A stretch of DNA of 62,085 bases, filler included, from Vannella sp. (GCA_023345925.1; 7 parts of 7 records of this genome joined end to end with filler, not necessarily neighbours in it), one strand, 5' to 3'. Positions 11,253-23,224 are shown, numbered from the whole stretch's first letter. The notes: generated by a model not told the origin, from the letters alone. Numbers and translations: made by a program.

Positions 11253-12866
11253 ATGGCGGATCACTTGAGAGCGCAGGTTGTCAGTGTTCTTCGAATTAAA
11301 CAATGTCTATCGGTTAACCATCCAATCCCCTCAACCCATCGAGGTTGAGGGGTGCTCACTGAGACGCTATCTCTCTTTTTAGACTCTCTGGAGAGAAGTG
11401 AAAACAGGAAAAGACGTTGGGGAGCTCATTTTCTATGCCCTTTATGGAAGAGGTCAGGCATGATTCACCTGCGGAGGTCAAGCAGGAGCAACCCACGTTG
11501 CCTCCACCGAAGGAAACGGATTTCTATGATGTTCTTGAGGTACCAGTGGATGCGACAGCTGCACAGATCAAGAAGGCGTACTTTATGAAGGCGCGGAAGT
11601 GTCATCCGGATAAGAACCCGGATAACCCAGAGTTGGAGGAGCAGTTCAAGGCCATTTCGGTAGCTTATGAGGTCCTTTCCGACCCTGAGAAGCGTGAGAT
11701 GTATCACAGACATGGCAAGGGTGGCATTGAGATGGGAGATGTCGATCCTCGCGCCATGTTCTCTATGCTCTTTGGTGGTGGTCGCTTTGACTCGTACATC
11801 GGTGAACTAAGCTTCATGAGTATGTTTGTTACAAAGATGGAGGGGCACAGCCTCTCTACTTCACGTCCTTCACACGAGGTGCTGACTTTTCTCTTTTTGC
11901 AGACTCTGACCTGGCGGACGACCCCTCAGCACTAGAACCAGGGCAAGAGACAGGTTGGTTGTTTGGAGTGTGCATGTGAGAGGCTCACCCATGCGATAGA
12001 GGCGGAGAAAGTACACAAAGCACGGGTCATCCACTTAAAGGCGGAGCTGGTGGATAGATTGAGGCCTTGGATGGAGGGAAACGTCAAGGACTTTGCAGAT
12101 GGAGTTCTTGCAGAGGCTGAGACACTCCGCAATGAGTCTTACGGAGCTGAATTACTTCAACACGTGAGGCAGGACTCTCTCCTCTTCCCCCTCGGGACTA
12201 ACAGAGCGTAGCTGGGTTACATTTATGAGAACGAAGCAAAACAGCATCTTAAGGGCTTCCTTGGGCTCCCTGGAGCAGCAGCAGAGGTCAAAGAGAAGAT
12301 TCACTTTGCCAAGGAGGTGATTGGCACTCTACGGTGAGCCAACGCGACCAACCGGTCTCTCCCACTCACTAGAAGACAGCCAAGCTATGAAGACTATGAT
12401 GCTGGAGGAGCAGATCGAGATGTCCGTGTCGGAGGAGGAGAGGCGAGTGCTGGAACCGATCATGCAGCGCGAATCGATCGTTTCTATGTGGCGTGTTGCT
12501 CGTTTGGATGTGAGTGACACCTGTAGGGAGAGTGCTGGTGGCTGATCTTGCGTTCAGATCGAAACAGCAGTCAGAGAGGCTTGTGAACAGCTGTTACGAG
12601 ACCCATCTCTCGACAGGGTCTCTCGAAAGCGTCGCGCAACAGGTCTGAAGCTTATGGGAAGGACCTGGAAACGGATTGCTCCCCTTCCAGGGAAAGAGGG
12701 TGCCTGGCAGTTCCTTGAGGAGATGGAGACAGCGTACGCAGCCCATCTCCAAGACGAAGACGGTGAGACATCAACGCTTATCATCAATGAAGGAGGCTCT
12801 AACCCTGAACCCAGCCCACAAATGGACCCGCGCTTGGATTCCCTCAAAACAGCGCACTTTGACTGA
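11253..12866 (+). CDS. J-domain protein with DnaJ-X domain (Djp1/Caj1/ATJ10-like), about 7 exons
   Basis: ETDFYDVLEV...AYFMKARKCHPDKNP...AYEVLSDPEKREMY, then LFGGGRFDSYIGEL and the DnaJ-X region (LRNESYGAELLQHLGYIYENEAKQHL; DIETAVREACEQLL). Short GT-AG introns join the pieces. Confidence 0.9.
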
Positions 12867-13355
12867 GAAGTAAAATGTTGACATTCCCTCCTTTTCCCAT
12901 TCCTTCCTTTTCAAGTGTTTTTGAAGAGGGAGAAAGGCATCCCATAATCAGGCCAATTGCATCGAAAGCTCAAACTTTGGGAGGTTCTTTTGGTGCACAT
13001 CCCCACATTAAGGTTGCTTCTCGCCCTTTGAGGTAGTTCGAGAGGTCGCGGGACGTGGGGTGACATTAATTTGATCCCTGATCTGGAATAGTGAAGCATC
13101 TCAAGCTCATCTATCAAGGTCAGGTTCCAACACCGGTCCCAGAAACCTTGATGAGTGAAGAGAAGCCTTCTAGGATGAGAGCGGTATGAAGAGACCCATC
13201 TTCAAGGGAGAGTACCTTTGTAGACTTCCCCAAATCCACCTTCTCCAAATTGCTCTCTTGGAGATTGACAAGACTGCTATTTGAGGAAGATCGCGCAACC
13301 ATAAATCAACCATAAATCAGGAGGATTGAGTGTATTTAAGAAATTGGAGAGCCAC

Positions 13356-16300
13356 TTACAAGATCTCTAAAAGCAAGTAATAGAATCGGTAGGAGTGGCG
13401 AAGTTGAAGAGAATCTGGGAAGTGAATGTTGAACCATTCCAACTCGTCCAAAGCAACTGCCCCGCCCATGTACGTGAGGAACTCTTTAAGGGAAGAATCG
13501 GTTTCCCATTTGCTTTCGCAAAGCTGTTGGATGAGGAAAGCGCGAAGAACTGGGACAAGGCAAGTGAGATCTAAGTTCTGGTGAGCCCCGCGAACTTGTT
13601 TGATGATGTGCTCCTCTAAGGGTTCTCTGTAGCGATCTTCCACTTTGTCCAGAGGGCTACCAAACATCTTCTCTTCCAGTTCCATGTAGAGGCACTGCAA
13701 GTGACAAAGTCGCACTGATTGGTTGATGGTCTGCGTTGCGGTGCGACTCCAAATGGACTCCTCCACAAGGAGAGTGTCGAGCATGTAGCGATGCAACAAG
13801 AGCTCGCCATCAATGACGGCCTGGGTGCTGCTTGCGATGGCGCTGAGGAAGCTAATGCACATTTCCATTTGGCGCATCAAGTCCATCAGACGGTCACGAG
13901 TGTCAATCTCTTGCCAGATACTCTCCAGCAAAGAAGGAGCCAAGATGCGTTGTGGCACCGCTTGATGAAGATCTGCAAGATTACCTGAGGTCTTGACATC
14001 GCCTCGGAACTGGAAGTGGCGGACTTGCAGTTTGACAGGAATCTTTCCCTCCAAAAGGGTTCGAGAGAGGCTCTCTTCAATCTTATCAAAGTCATAGTCA
14101 AGATTGGTGCCTTCTCGGTATTCAAGAGACTGCACCGCAAAGAAGTGGAGAAGTGGCATCAAGTCGCGGTCACGGTCATAGACTATCAATTGCTGTCTAA
14201 CCACTCTAGGATTGGTCATGTAAGATATCGAAGGGATTTCTGCCTGTGATTTGAGCTCTTCAATGGCCCGTGGGACAATGTTATTGCAAGCCACACCTGC
14301 TATCTTGTTCGAGGGCCCTTTGAGGAGGATGGCAGGTGTCTCTGAGGCACTACGGGACTTGGTAATACTGTCCAAGACTTGCCCTTGCGCGTTTTGCATG
14401 AGTTCTAGTAACTTAATAGTGCATAGTCCCATGGAATCATTTGACCCTCGAACCATAGAAGGAAGGGAGAAGCTGATACAACAGTCCTCGGACATGAGAA
14501 TCCCAGTTCCATCTGTTCTCCGACCGCCGGAGAGATCGACACTTCCTGCAAGTCCGGAGATAAAGGGGTTTGCCTCGCACTCGAAGATTCGTTCCACAAG
14601 AGGCAAGCACTCATTGAAAGCTTTGCAGTAGGCTTTCAAAACAGTGAACGCTTGCTCATGACGGGAAATGGGTAGATAGCGAGTGATTAGCTCAGCATTG
14701 GTGATGTTCATCGCTTCTTCTCGGGAGATGCTGTTGCTTGGCAACGCTTCAAAGAGAATAGAATGCCATGCGAGGATATCTGCTGTGTAGCTTATCATGT
14801 GCAAGCGGCCTTCCTCCTTCAAGAACGCGCGCAGCAATGGAAGTTGTGCACCTGTGTCTCCTCGACCGTAGAAAATGCGTTGGAAGTGGGAGAAGCTGAC
14901 TGGTTGCCTGTAGCTCCACAAAAGGGTCTGTGTTGGAACAGGTGTGGGTTGGACCTCTGCTTCGTGAATCCGCTCCCAATTGGTTCCCATAGCAAGGCGA
15001 ACTGCCACAACTCGCCCATTTTCCTGTAAGCTGTCTTCGACACTCAAAATCTTCTTTCGTATTCCAGTCAAAGTGCGAAGGATGGAGCGGCTGTACAATG
15101 ACTCCACTTCTCTCATGTTTTTCAACGAACGGATGGAGTGGTGAGTTGACGCAACCTTTTCCTCTCCAAAACTACGAAGGATGAGGTGCAACGCTATCGC
15201 AAGCTCACTTTCTCCGAGATCCAGCTGGTGAAGGAGCGTCATCCAATTCAATCTTGCCTGGTTCAAGAAGATTTCCAAGGCTTGGTTGAAGTTCTTAACT
15301 TGGAGATGTTGGATAACAGTCTTCACTTGGAGCTTAGAATACTTTGCTGTTGCTGAGCAGGCCATAGCCAGTGAAAGGTGAATAAAAAGGCGTAAGATTG
15401 TTGAAATCTGGACTGAAAGGTGAGAGTTGGCGTTTTGTGCATCAATCAGGAAGTATCCTGGTTTGGTGAGATTGTCCCACATGGCTGGGTCCATCTTCTT
15501 TACTCCTTTGACAGAGACGTGGTTCTTGCCGCCAATATCTGCACCGCAGCCGGGGTGCAGACATTTTGATATTTCCATAGGGAGGGTGCATCCCCCGACA
15601 CTGTAAGGATGGCCTGCAGGGCACAAATACCATCCAACAACGCCAGAAGCATTTGCTATGTCCGCCAATTCGTTGCGAGAAAGGGAAGGTAAGAACATGG
15701 TACTGACCAGTTCGGGGTGATTGAGCAATTGACTGAGCCAACACTGGGGCATTCTGGAAGCTAGCACACCAAGATGCGCAGTAATCTGTCCCAAAGCCAT
15801 ATCGCAAAGGTTATTTGGAGCAAAAAGCTGGCTCGATTCTCCAGAGGCAAACAAACAAGACCAATAAAGAGGAACTTCTGCTTGGATAAACTGCTCTGTG
15901 ATTGGGGTGCAGATATTAGCCACCCACTTATCAACAAGACCTTCCAGTATCTTCCGAGTCATTCCAGGAGCCATTCCAGGGAGACAAACTTGGGAGAAAA
16001 GCGCTGCAATTAACATTGGGAAGGTATTCTTGGGATCTCTGCCAGCAGGGATCTTCATGAAGTTAGAGGAAGATACGCTGAGACGCACAGCTCGGCAAAC
16101 TTCCTCGTACTCAGCTCTTCTATCGAACACAAGATTGAAAGTATCAACAAGGCTGACACGGTTCGCGGCGAGAACATCGCGGTTGCATTTAAACCAAGGA
16201 ACTTGCTCTTCGGGAAGATACATCAAAGTGGCCAGGGCATCTATGCCGCCCCGATTGCGAAGCATCTTAAAGAGCAGTACAGCTGGGTAGTCGTTACTAT

Positions 16301-18835
16301 CGGCTGTGAGTAGTTGAAGAAGATTTTCTTGAAGTCGCTTTGCCAATAAGAGAGGTTCGCGTCGGCGCAGAGCACCCAAAACTTGTTCAGCGTAGGTCCG
16401 AATGGCATGTCTAGCTCGTGCAGTGGACTCCAAGTGACTATGCCAGTCAACAGTCGTCTCCAAACTAGAGGCGGGACGTAGCGCCTCTTTGACATCTTCA
16501 CCAGTCATGTGACATCGTCTCATTTGACCATAATAAGCATTCTCCAAGTATTGGAGGAAGACGACTTGGCCTTCCTGGGTAAACAGAGATATTGGATTAG
16601 TCAACGCTCCTCGCTGGTGAGCAGCAGTCAGACAGTGGACGACAACTCTCCTTAAAGGGCTGTCAATGACCTTTAAAGGCAACAAATGAGCAGAGGGGTC
16701 GATTGTGATTGTGGCAGATCCATTAATCAGCCACTCTAACGCTGTCACTAACTCGGGCTCAATCGATTCCTCTTCAGCACGCATGCCAATACTGAGGAAT
16801 CCCTCTTGCTCACCAAAGACAATCTCTTGAACGTAGCGGCGTACAAAGTTAGAGACCCACGCGCAATGTAGGTCGTTATCAGGTCCAAAGCCATACAGTA
16901 CTGTAGCCATGAGAGCACGAAGATAGCCAAAGGAGTTGGATCTGCAGTTTTGGGCAATCTTGCGGAATTGGAGAATCTTATTGGGCAGGTCAAGGACTTC
17001 TCCCTGGGATGGCAAAATCACTTCCAGAAGGAAGATGACTGTCAATCGCAGCCCTAACCATGATTGGCGGAGTGCCGAAAGGCGGTCAGCGGCACCTCCG
17101 GCAGTTCCTGCTTCTGATGCCAGAAGGAAGAAAAAGGTGACTTCGTTGCTAAGGGACATTACTTCCTGAACCCACAATTGGAGACTGATATCATTCAATG
17201 CTTGGTCTGCAACGCGGTCCCACAGTGAGCAAAGAATCATCTCTACTAGCATTCCATCAAGTTGAAGAAGGCGCTCCTCTCCAGTGGGACCTTCCACTGA
17301 AGAGGCCTTCTTCACAAACAGGGCAAAGAGATCATCACGGATTGCCACAGGAATAAGCGAGCAAGAGAGTAGAGCACAGTAAGCATACAATCGCGCCTCA
17401 TTCTGCCAAACACCAGAGTGGACCACCGCTGGAGTCAACTGAGCCCCTGGGAACGCCACTTTCAAGACAGCATCATAGATTTGGACCATCTTTCTAAAGG
17501 GAAGGTTAAGGACTGGGGCTGTCTCTGTTGATACAAAGTCGTGAAGGTATGCATTCGGGTTTTCATAGCAGAATTCGTCCAATTTTTGAACTAGTTCCGG
17601 CCCAAATAGAGAGACAAAGGTCTGCTGAGTTCTTGTGAGAAGGTCGCTTGTTTCTTTGGTCAGTGTCAGGCGCACTTGATTGAGTGCCACAGCGATCTTG
17701 TGACTGAAAAGGAACTGATTCATCGTTGGCCCGTGTTGCCCAGTGTTAGGAACAACATCCGCATGGACCGAGTAGGCAGGAGAGCCAATCTGAGCTCCAA
17801 TAATGAAGGACTCGCGGTTAATACACAGCTTGTGCTGAGCCAACTCCCACCAAAGGGGAGAGAGCTGCTGATTTTTCGTTGCTATGGCAAGGTTAAAGTT
17901 GGTGTCAAGCATTCTGAAGCAATGGACCAATGCTTGCACCAGCATCATGTGAAGAGCCAGCTCCAAGGATTGGCGAAGACTTCCAGCCAAATCCGTGGAC
18001 GCCATTCGGACATGGCAATGCAACTGGGTCACCGAATCTCGTTCACTGTTGGCAGCGAGGATTCCTTTCACAAGTTCGGTAAGAAGACCCGCAAACTGTT
18101 CGTTGGCAAGAAGACTCTTGTACACCCGGATTCGGTCGCTGTAGTACGCCAATATATTGCTGATGGCAGGGACTGTACAGCAAGAAAGGGCGTATTGGAG
18201 GCGAGAATCGATAACGTGCATCAGATTGAGCTTCCCACAAGTAACAAGCTCGTAAGCAGAGCTCTGCAACATCTGAACGGTGTCGAGTGTTTGCCCAGAA
18301 GCGCTGCGAAGATCGTCAATAAAATACACTTTCCAAAGAGCGTCAAAGTCCAAAGAGAACTCGCGTTGGCGTAATTTAAGAGCCGGAGGCAAGTGAATAA
18401 GGAAAATCACTCTTTTGGTGGAGGCACCAGGAGTGGACTGCTTTTGGTGTAAGGAGAGCTGCTTGGAGCAGACGTGTCTGGCGTGGTCAATCATTGTTTG
18501 AGATGAAGAAAGTGGGTCGCATTGGACAATAAGGAAGTCCTTAGTGCTAGAACCACGACTAGATGGCTCGTAGAATTGAGAAAAGTGCTCTCGCAAAGCC
18601 CTCTCACTTTGTACCTCAGAGAGAGGTAATAAAGCGACATTCTGCTCGGTCAAAAGGCCTTCCTCTTCTGTGAGAACCTCTTCAAAGTGGCCAATGGGAG
18701 AATAGGTTAGGATCATGGTGCAATTGTCTGTCGCATCAGTCATAATCTCAGTCAATATAATGCTCTTGAGGGAGCTATGAGTTGCAAAATAGTCGTTGTT
18801 GATGGCTCGAAGAGAGGGAGATGCAATCATCGCCA
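13356..18835 (-). CDS. RNF213/mysterin-like giant E3 ligase, C-terminal about 1,825 aa with RZ finger (5'-partial)
   Basis: ORF open to the contig edge. DFLIVQCD...VIFLIHLP...WKVYFIDDLRS resembles the last AAA module of RNF213. RZ finger WYLCPAGHPYSVGGCTLPMEISKCLHPGCGADIGGKNH (about 15519-15632). C-terminal QSLEYREGTNLDYDFDKIEE and FPDSLQLRH motifs. Confidence 0.85.
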
Positions 18836-18935
18836 NNNNNNNNNNNNNNNNNNNNNNNNNNNNNNNNNNNNNNNNNNNNTTAATTAATTAANNNNNNNNN
18901 NNNNNNNNNNNNNNNNNNNNNNNNNNNNNNNNNNN
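18836..18935. other. Artificial contig linker
   Basis: N44-TTAATTAATTAA-N44. Confidence 0.99.
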
Positions 18936-19703
18936 ACCACCGCGTCCCACTGCTTCCACGCCATAGCAGTACCATAGAATAGACTCTACAAACAGATAAA
19001 AAATGGTTAGAAAACATCCGAACTATCGTGCAGCGTCATGCAAGAAACATACCCACTGCTCCCTCTCGGCTTCTGAAATAGGAATGACTCGCTTTGCAAG
19101 ACTACCACCTGCCAAGTTTCGTGATAGCTTTGGCTTAGTACAGTTATGCAGCAATAAATCGTCTTGAGAAGAGAACATCTGGAAACAACTGCCTCTCAAG
19201 GATACGTAGCGGACTTCAATAGAATGAAAGCGGTGATCAATCATTCCGTCACATTCCCGTGCCAATCGCTCCCGAGCCGATCCTTGGAAGGGAAGCTCTC
19301 TGCAAAACAGGCTGGCGAGGGAGAAACTGATTCATTTTGATCCACTCTTCTTCTTAAACATGATGATCAAGTAGATGGAACTGTTAAAGCGGTTTCTTTT
19401 TTTTTTTTTTGCCGATTACCACGTTCAACGTGGTTCCACCTCGTGCACTTGCGTCGTCCTGGGAGTTTACCGCTTTGCTGGTTAAGCCGCACACCTCCTA
19501 CACTTCTATCACCAGAGAAGGAAAGGAGAATCAGCTCCGATCCCAAAGCGGGCTTGAGTCTTGATCCGACGTAGCGAGAGCGTGGCCCGCGTCGGACAGC
19601 CAAGAAAAAAGGGCATTAGGGCTTGTTGCAATAACCAAGCCTGCTTTATGGGAAGGAATGTTTTTGAACATAATTGCTTTTAAATGCAGGTCTTGGTGGC
19701 TCT

Positions 19704-19949
19704 TTAGCAGAGGCCAGGGAAGGAGGAGACCTGTTGGATCTTAAAGTCCGGGAAGGAGGAGACGATCTGGACCTTGTAGTCAGGAGAAGAGGTAACGATT
19801 TGCCACTCTCCTGGTTTTCTGGCGGACGAGGACACTTCTTGGACCTTCAAGTCGGCGAACGAGGAGACCACCTCCACCTTGTAGTCTGGGAAGGAAGTCA
19901 CATACTGGATACGGCCGTAGCATCGGGAAGCCTTGTCGCGAGCGCTCAT
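19704..19949 (-). CDS. 81-aa repeat protein resembling bacterial 7-1 septoil-knot (Septknot) domain proteins
   Basis: MSARDKASRCYGRIQYVTSFPDYKVEVVSSFADLKVQEVSSSARKPGEWQIVTSSPDYKVQIVSSFPDFKIQQVSSFPGLC. Two halves built from roughly 11-aa (K/R)-V-x-x-V-x-S-F-P-D units around a GEWQIV hinge; TCATTT motif just upstream. Confidence 0.8.
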   Translation of the reverse strand: MSARDKASRCYGRIQYVTSFPDYKVEVVSSFADLKVQEVSSSARKPGEWQIVTSSPDYKVQIVSSFPDFKIQQVSSFPGLC

Positions 19950-20146
19950 CACACGAGAAAATGAAGAAAGCACACAGAAACACTTGGAACTCCCAAAATT
20001 TTGGTGAATCCCACTCTACTTATCCCATAATGTTCCTCCATCTTATCAATTTCCTGATGGAAAGGCTCTGGCCCTTCATTCTTGTCTCCTCAGCAAAGCT
20101 GTCGATGGTCTGATTCGCGAGCCTTTGGAAACGTCATTCTGTCACA

Positions 20147-20214
20147 CTGCCTGTCGCTTGCCACAACATGCTGCCTGTCGCTTGTCACAACATGCTGCCT
20201 GTCGCTTGTCACAA
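20147..20214 (+). repeat. 24-bp tandem repeat, about 2.8 copies (CTGCCTGTCGCTTGYCACAACATG)
   Basis: Copies at 20147-20170, 20171-20194 and 20195-20214 with one mismatch and no spacers. Confidence 0.95.
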
Positions 20215-20231
20215 TCTGTTGAAGCGCGACC

Positions 20232-21455
20232 ATGCTCGCAACGAAAGAGCCTACGTTCTCCAGAAGACTCCCATTGGATGGGCTTAGAGGCGTGTTCGTC
20301 CTGGTGGTGATTCTGTTCCATCTGGACTTCGAATGGATCCGCTTTGGCTTTGTGGGCGTGGACGCCTTCTTCGTTCTCTCTGGCTTTGTGATCTGCAGCA
20401 AACTGGCAGTGCGGCAGAGTGAAATGGAAAGCTCGTCCCTCGTCAGCCAGTTCTATGCTCGACGGTGCATGCGCTTGTTCCCCGTCTCCGCCTTGGTCCT
20501 TCTCTCGACTGCCCTCTTCACCCGCGCCTTCACCACTGCTGCCAACATGGATAGAATGAGAGAGGCCTTCCTTTGCGCGGGATTGTATGATGAGAACTGG
20601 TACCTTCTGTGGTCCAGCAACGACTTCTTCTCCCCAGGCATCGGTCGCAACCCCATCCATCACTACTGGTCCCTCGCTGTCGAAGAGCAGTTCTACTTTG
20701 TGTGGCCCCTGCTTCTCTCTTTCTGTTACAAAGTCAGAAAGACCCACGAGAAAGTCTTCCGTCTTGTTGCGGCTCTTCTTCTTGCATTTGCGTCACTAAC
20801 TGTGGTTTCTGTGCTTCGTGGTGCCAGCATTAGCTCCCTTTACTACGGCACACAATTCCGTGTCTACCAGATTCTTACGGGAGCTTGTTTGGGCCTTTGG
20901 CAGCTGTCAAGGAGCGGAAAGGTCACTTCTTCTTCCTCTCTCTCTGGAGCAATGTCGTACATTGGCATGGGATGCTTCATAGGCTTAGCCCTCTGTCCCT
21001 TTGACATGAGCCCCATCGTGGCAGGAGCCATATCAACGGGATGCATGTCTCTGATGATTGTGGGATTCGAAGGAAACTCTTCCACTCTCTTGGCCAATAC
21101 CCTCTCCGGGGCTGTCTTCCAAAGGCTGGGACTATACTCATATGCCATGTATCTCTGGCACTATCCTTTAATCTTTGCAGACGAGATCACCCGAGCCCAC
21201 GGCACCCAAACAGATTTGGTTCGGGGAGGGATTCTCATTCTTGCCACCATCACAGTATCTTCTCTCACACACCTTCTGATTGAGAAGCCAATGAAACAGG
21301 TCCGATTGTCATCATCTGTAACCTTGGTGGGCGAAGTAATTGGTTCTATGATCTTACTGGGGACACTTTGTGTGATTCTTTCTTCAAACCAGCTCCTCCC
21401 CAGTCTAACGATCGCTGAGATTCTTGATTCTGTTTCCCCCTACTTACATTTGTAA
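20232..21455 (+). CDS. Acyltransferase-3 (OafA/YrhL-like) membrane O-acyltransferase, no SGNH domain
   Basis: LDGLRG...LFH, GFVGVDAFFVLSGFVI, FYARRCMRLFP, HYWSLAVEEQFYFVWP, GLYSYAMYLWHYP and IEKP, with about 10 hydrophobic segments. A short extra 3' exon cannot be excluded. Confidence 0.9.
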   Translation: MLATKEPTFSRRLPLDGLRGVFVLVVILFHLDFEWIRFGFVGVDAFFVLSGFVICSKLAVRQSEMESSSLVSQFYARRCMRLFPVSALVLLSTALFTRAFTTAANMDRMREAFLCAGLYDENWYLLWSSNDFFSPGIGRNPIHHYWSLAVEEQFYFVWPLLLSFCYKVRKTHEKVFRLVAALLLAFASLTVVSVLRGASISSLYYGTQFRVYQILTGACLGLWQLSRSGKVTSSSSLSGAMSYIGMGCFIGLALCPFDMSPIVAGAISTGCMSLMIVGFEGNSSTLLANTLSGAVFQRLGLYSYAMYLWHYPLIFADEITRAHGTQTDLVRGGILILATITVSSLTHLLIEKPMKQVRLSSSVTLVGEVIGSMILLGTLCVILSSNQLLPSLTIAEILDSVSPYLHL

Positions 21456-21691
21456 TCAGACACTCCGTTTTCTCATTAGATGACTCCGTGAAGGGTCAAC
21501 TTATCCTGCCCTGGCATTTCATTTTCCAATTCGCTCTGGCCCTTATCCTCACTTTGTATCCTACCAGAGTTCGCAGCAGCTCATCACACAATGATGACTT
21601 GCTGCAAATTGACTCCCAATCCCTTTACCCTCAAAGGAGCCCAAGCAAGTTCATTAGATTGTAGATTCCCTGCAATTTAGTGTTCCAAGTG

Positions 21692-23224
21692 CTAGAAGTT
21701 GGTTTGGATTACGATCAGGTCATTATAAAGAGACACAGCTAAGCTGGATCCGCCCACAAATATTCCGGCTACAATATAGAACGCACCTAATGCGCGAAGT
21801 GGCAAGCGTATAGACGGTGTTTGGAACTTTGCAATTGTGATTAGGAAAGCTCCTGGGAAGCCAAAAATGAACAATGTGGCAAAAATGGAGCCGGTTAAGC
21901 TGATGACAGCGTTAACGCTGGGAACAAACAAGGCTATTAGCAGAGCACAGACAAAGAAGAGGATTGTAATCGACCAAAATCGTGCTGGACTGTCTCCAAC
22001 CTCTTCATTTTCAGTCTTCTTTCCAAATACCTCCCCAGCTCGCACCAAAAAGTCATTCACAGCCATGCGGGACACAAAGTTAAGGATCGGATAGGAAAAC
22101 ATTGCAACGAATCCCATCCCCAGCCGACATGCGATGACCCATCTGTTGCTTTCCTCGAAATTGACGAGAACGTCTGAATCAGTCTCCGTCATGAAAGTGA
22201 AGTATCCAGCAATTCCAGTCGCAATATACAGAACCATGCAGCTGGACAAAGACCCGGCACAAACGATGGCCATTCTCTTGGTTGAGCGGCGACTCAACTC
22301 ATTGTAGATTGGAATGGAAGACATGTGGCATTGGAAAGCAAAACAGATGATGGGTGCGCATTGGAAGAACTCGAGAGAAGTGTTCCACCATAGTGTATCA
22401 TCGATAATCGTCTGATAGTTATGTAACAGTGATAAGGTAGGATTGCCATAGCTATCCTCCGTGCCTACAAAGGCGAATGCGACAACCATCGATGCAAAGT
22501 ACCATACAAAGATGACTGCAAGAAAGCTAGAGAATCCCAAGAGACTGATTCTCTTAAGCCAAGTTAAAGGAAATACAAAGATGACACCTGACACCAGTAT
22601 GAGGACTTTTCTGTCGGAATACCACATGCCAGGAGATCTGTTCCCAGTCAGTGCTGAGCAGGGAGACTTGAATGGGTGACTCACGTGAGTTGCTCCATTA
22701 CTGGAGTGAGCTGATCTCCAATAATGACCAGGAAGGTAACGCACGCACCGAATCCGTAGATGGCGATGGAGATAATCATGATTATCTCGGCAACTGGACC
22801 ATACACTACTCGAACAAGTGACTGATAGGACACAGCTCCCCGTTTGGCATACCTTAACTGGGGTTAGAGCTTTAAAGGAAGGCAAAAAGCGCGGCCTTAC
22901 AAGTCAACGGTCGCTACGATGCTCAGAAGGGCCCCGTAGGCAAACAGAAGGAGGATTAGAGTCGCCACGACACCACCAAGGACTCCTGCTTGAAGAAAAG
23001 CATAAGGAAATGCGAGAATACCGCCCCCCAAGACCGCATTCGCAAGATTGAACGTGGAACCAGCCAAACCCGAGGTGCTCTCTGCTCCTCCAGTGAGACA
23101 CCAAGCGTCGCACATTCCCAATCATCGTACTCTTTCCTACCAGCTCAACTTCCCCAAACGAAACCGGCGCTGCTTCCCCAGAAAGCAAAACAGTTTCTTC
23201 AGACGAGTCGTAGTTGATGGCCAT
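21692..23224 (-). CDS. Amino-acid transporter, AAAP/SLC38 (AVT-like) family, about 4 exons
   Basis: GSTFNLANAVLGGGILAFPYAF, FPLTWLKRISLLGFSS, FAFQCH and GYFTF, with many TM segments. Acidic N-terminus MAINYDSSEETVLL. Confidence 0.9.

Noticed and set aside
12900..13350. Short ORFs and an 11-bp duplication (AACCATAAATC x2, 13297-13318) between the DnaJ and RNF213-like genes
   Set aside because: No supportable product and no terminal repeats indicating a mobile element.
18936..19360. Probable 5' exons of a minus-strand gene (splice-like signals near 18985-19052)
   Set aside because: Frame and start could not be resolved and the gene is truncated by the contig edge.
20147..20214. 24-bp repeat as a CRISPR array
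   Set aside because: No spacers, no cas genes, eukaryotic context.
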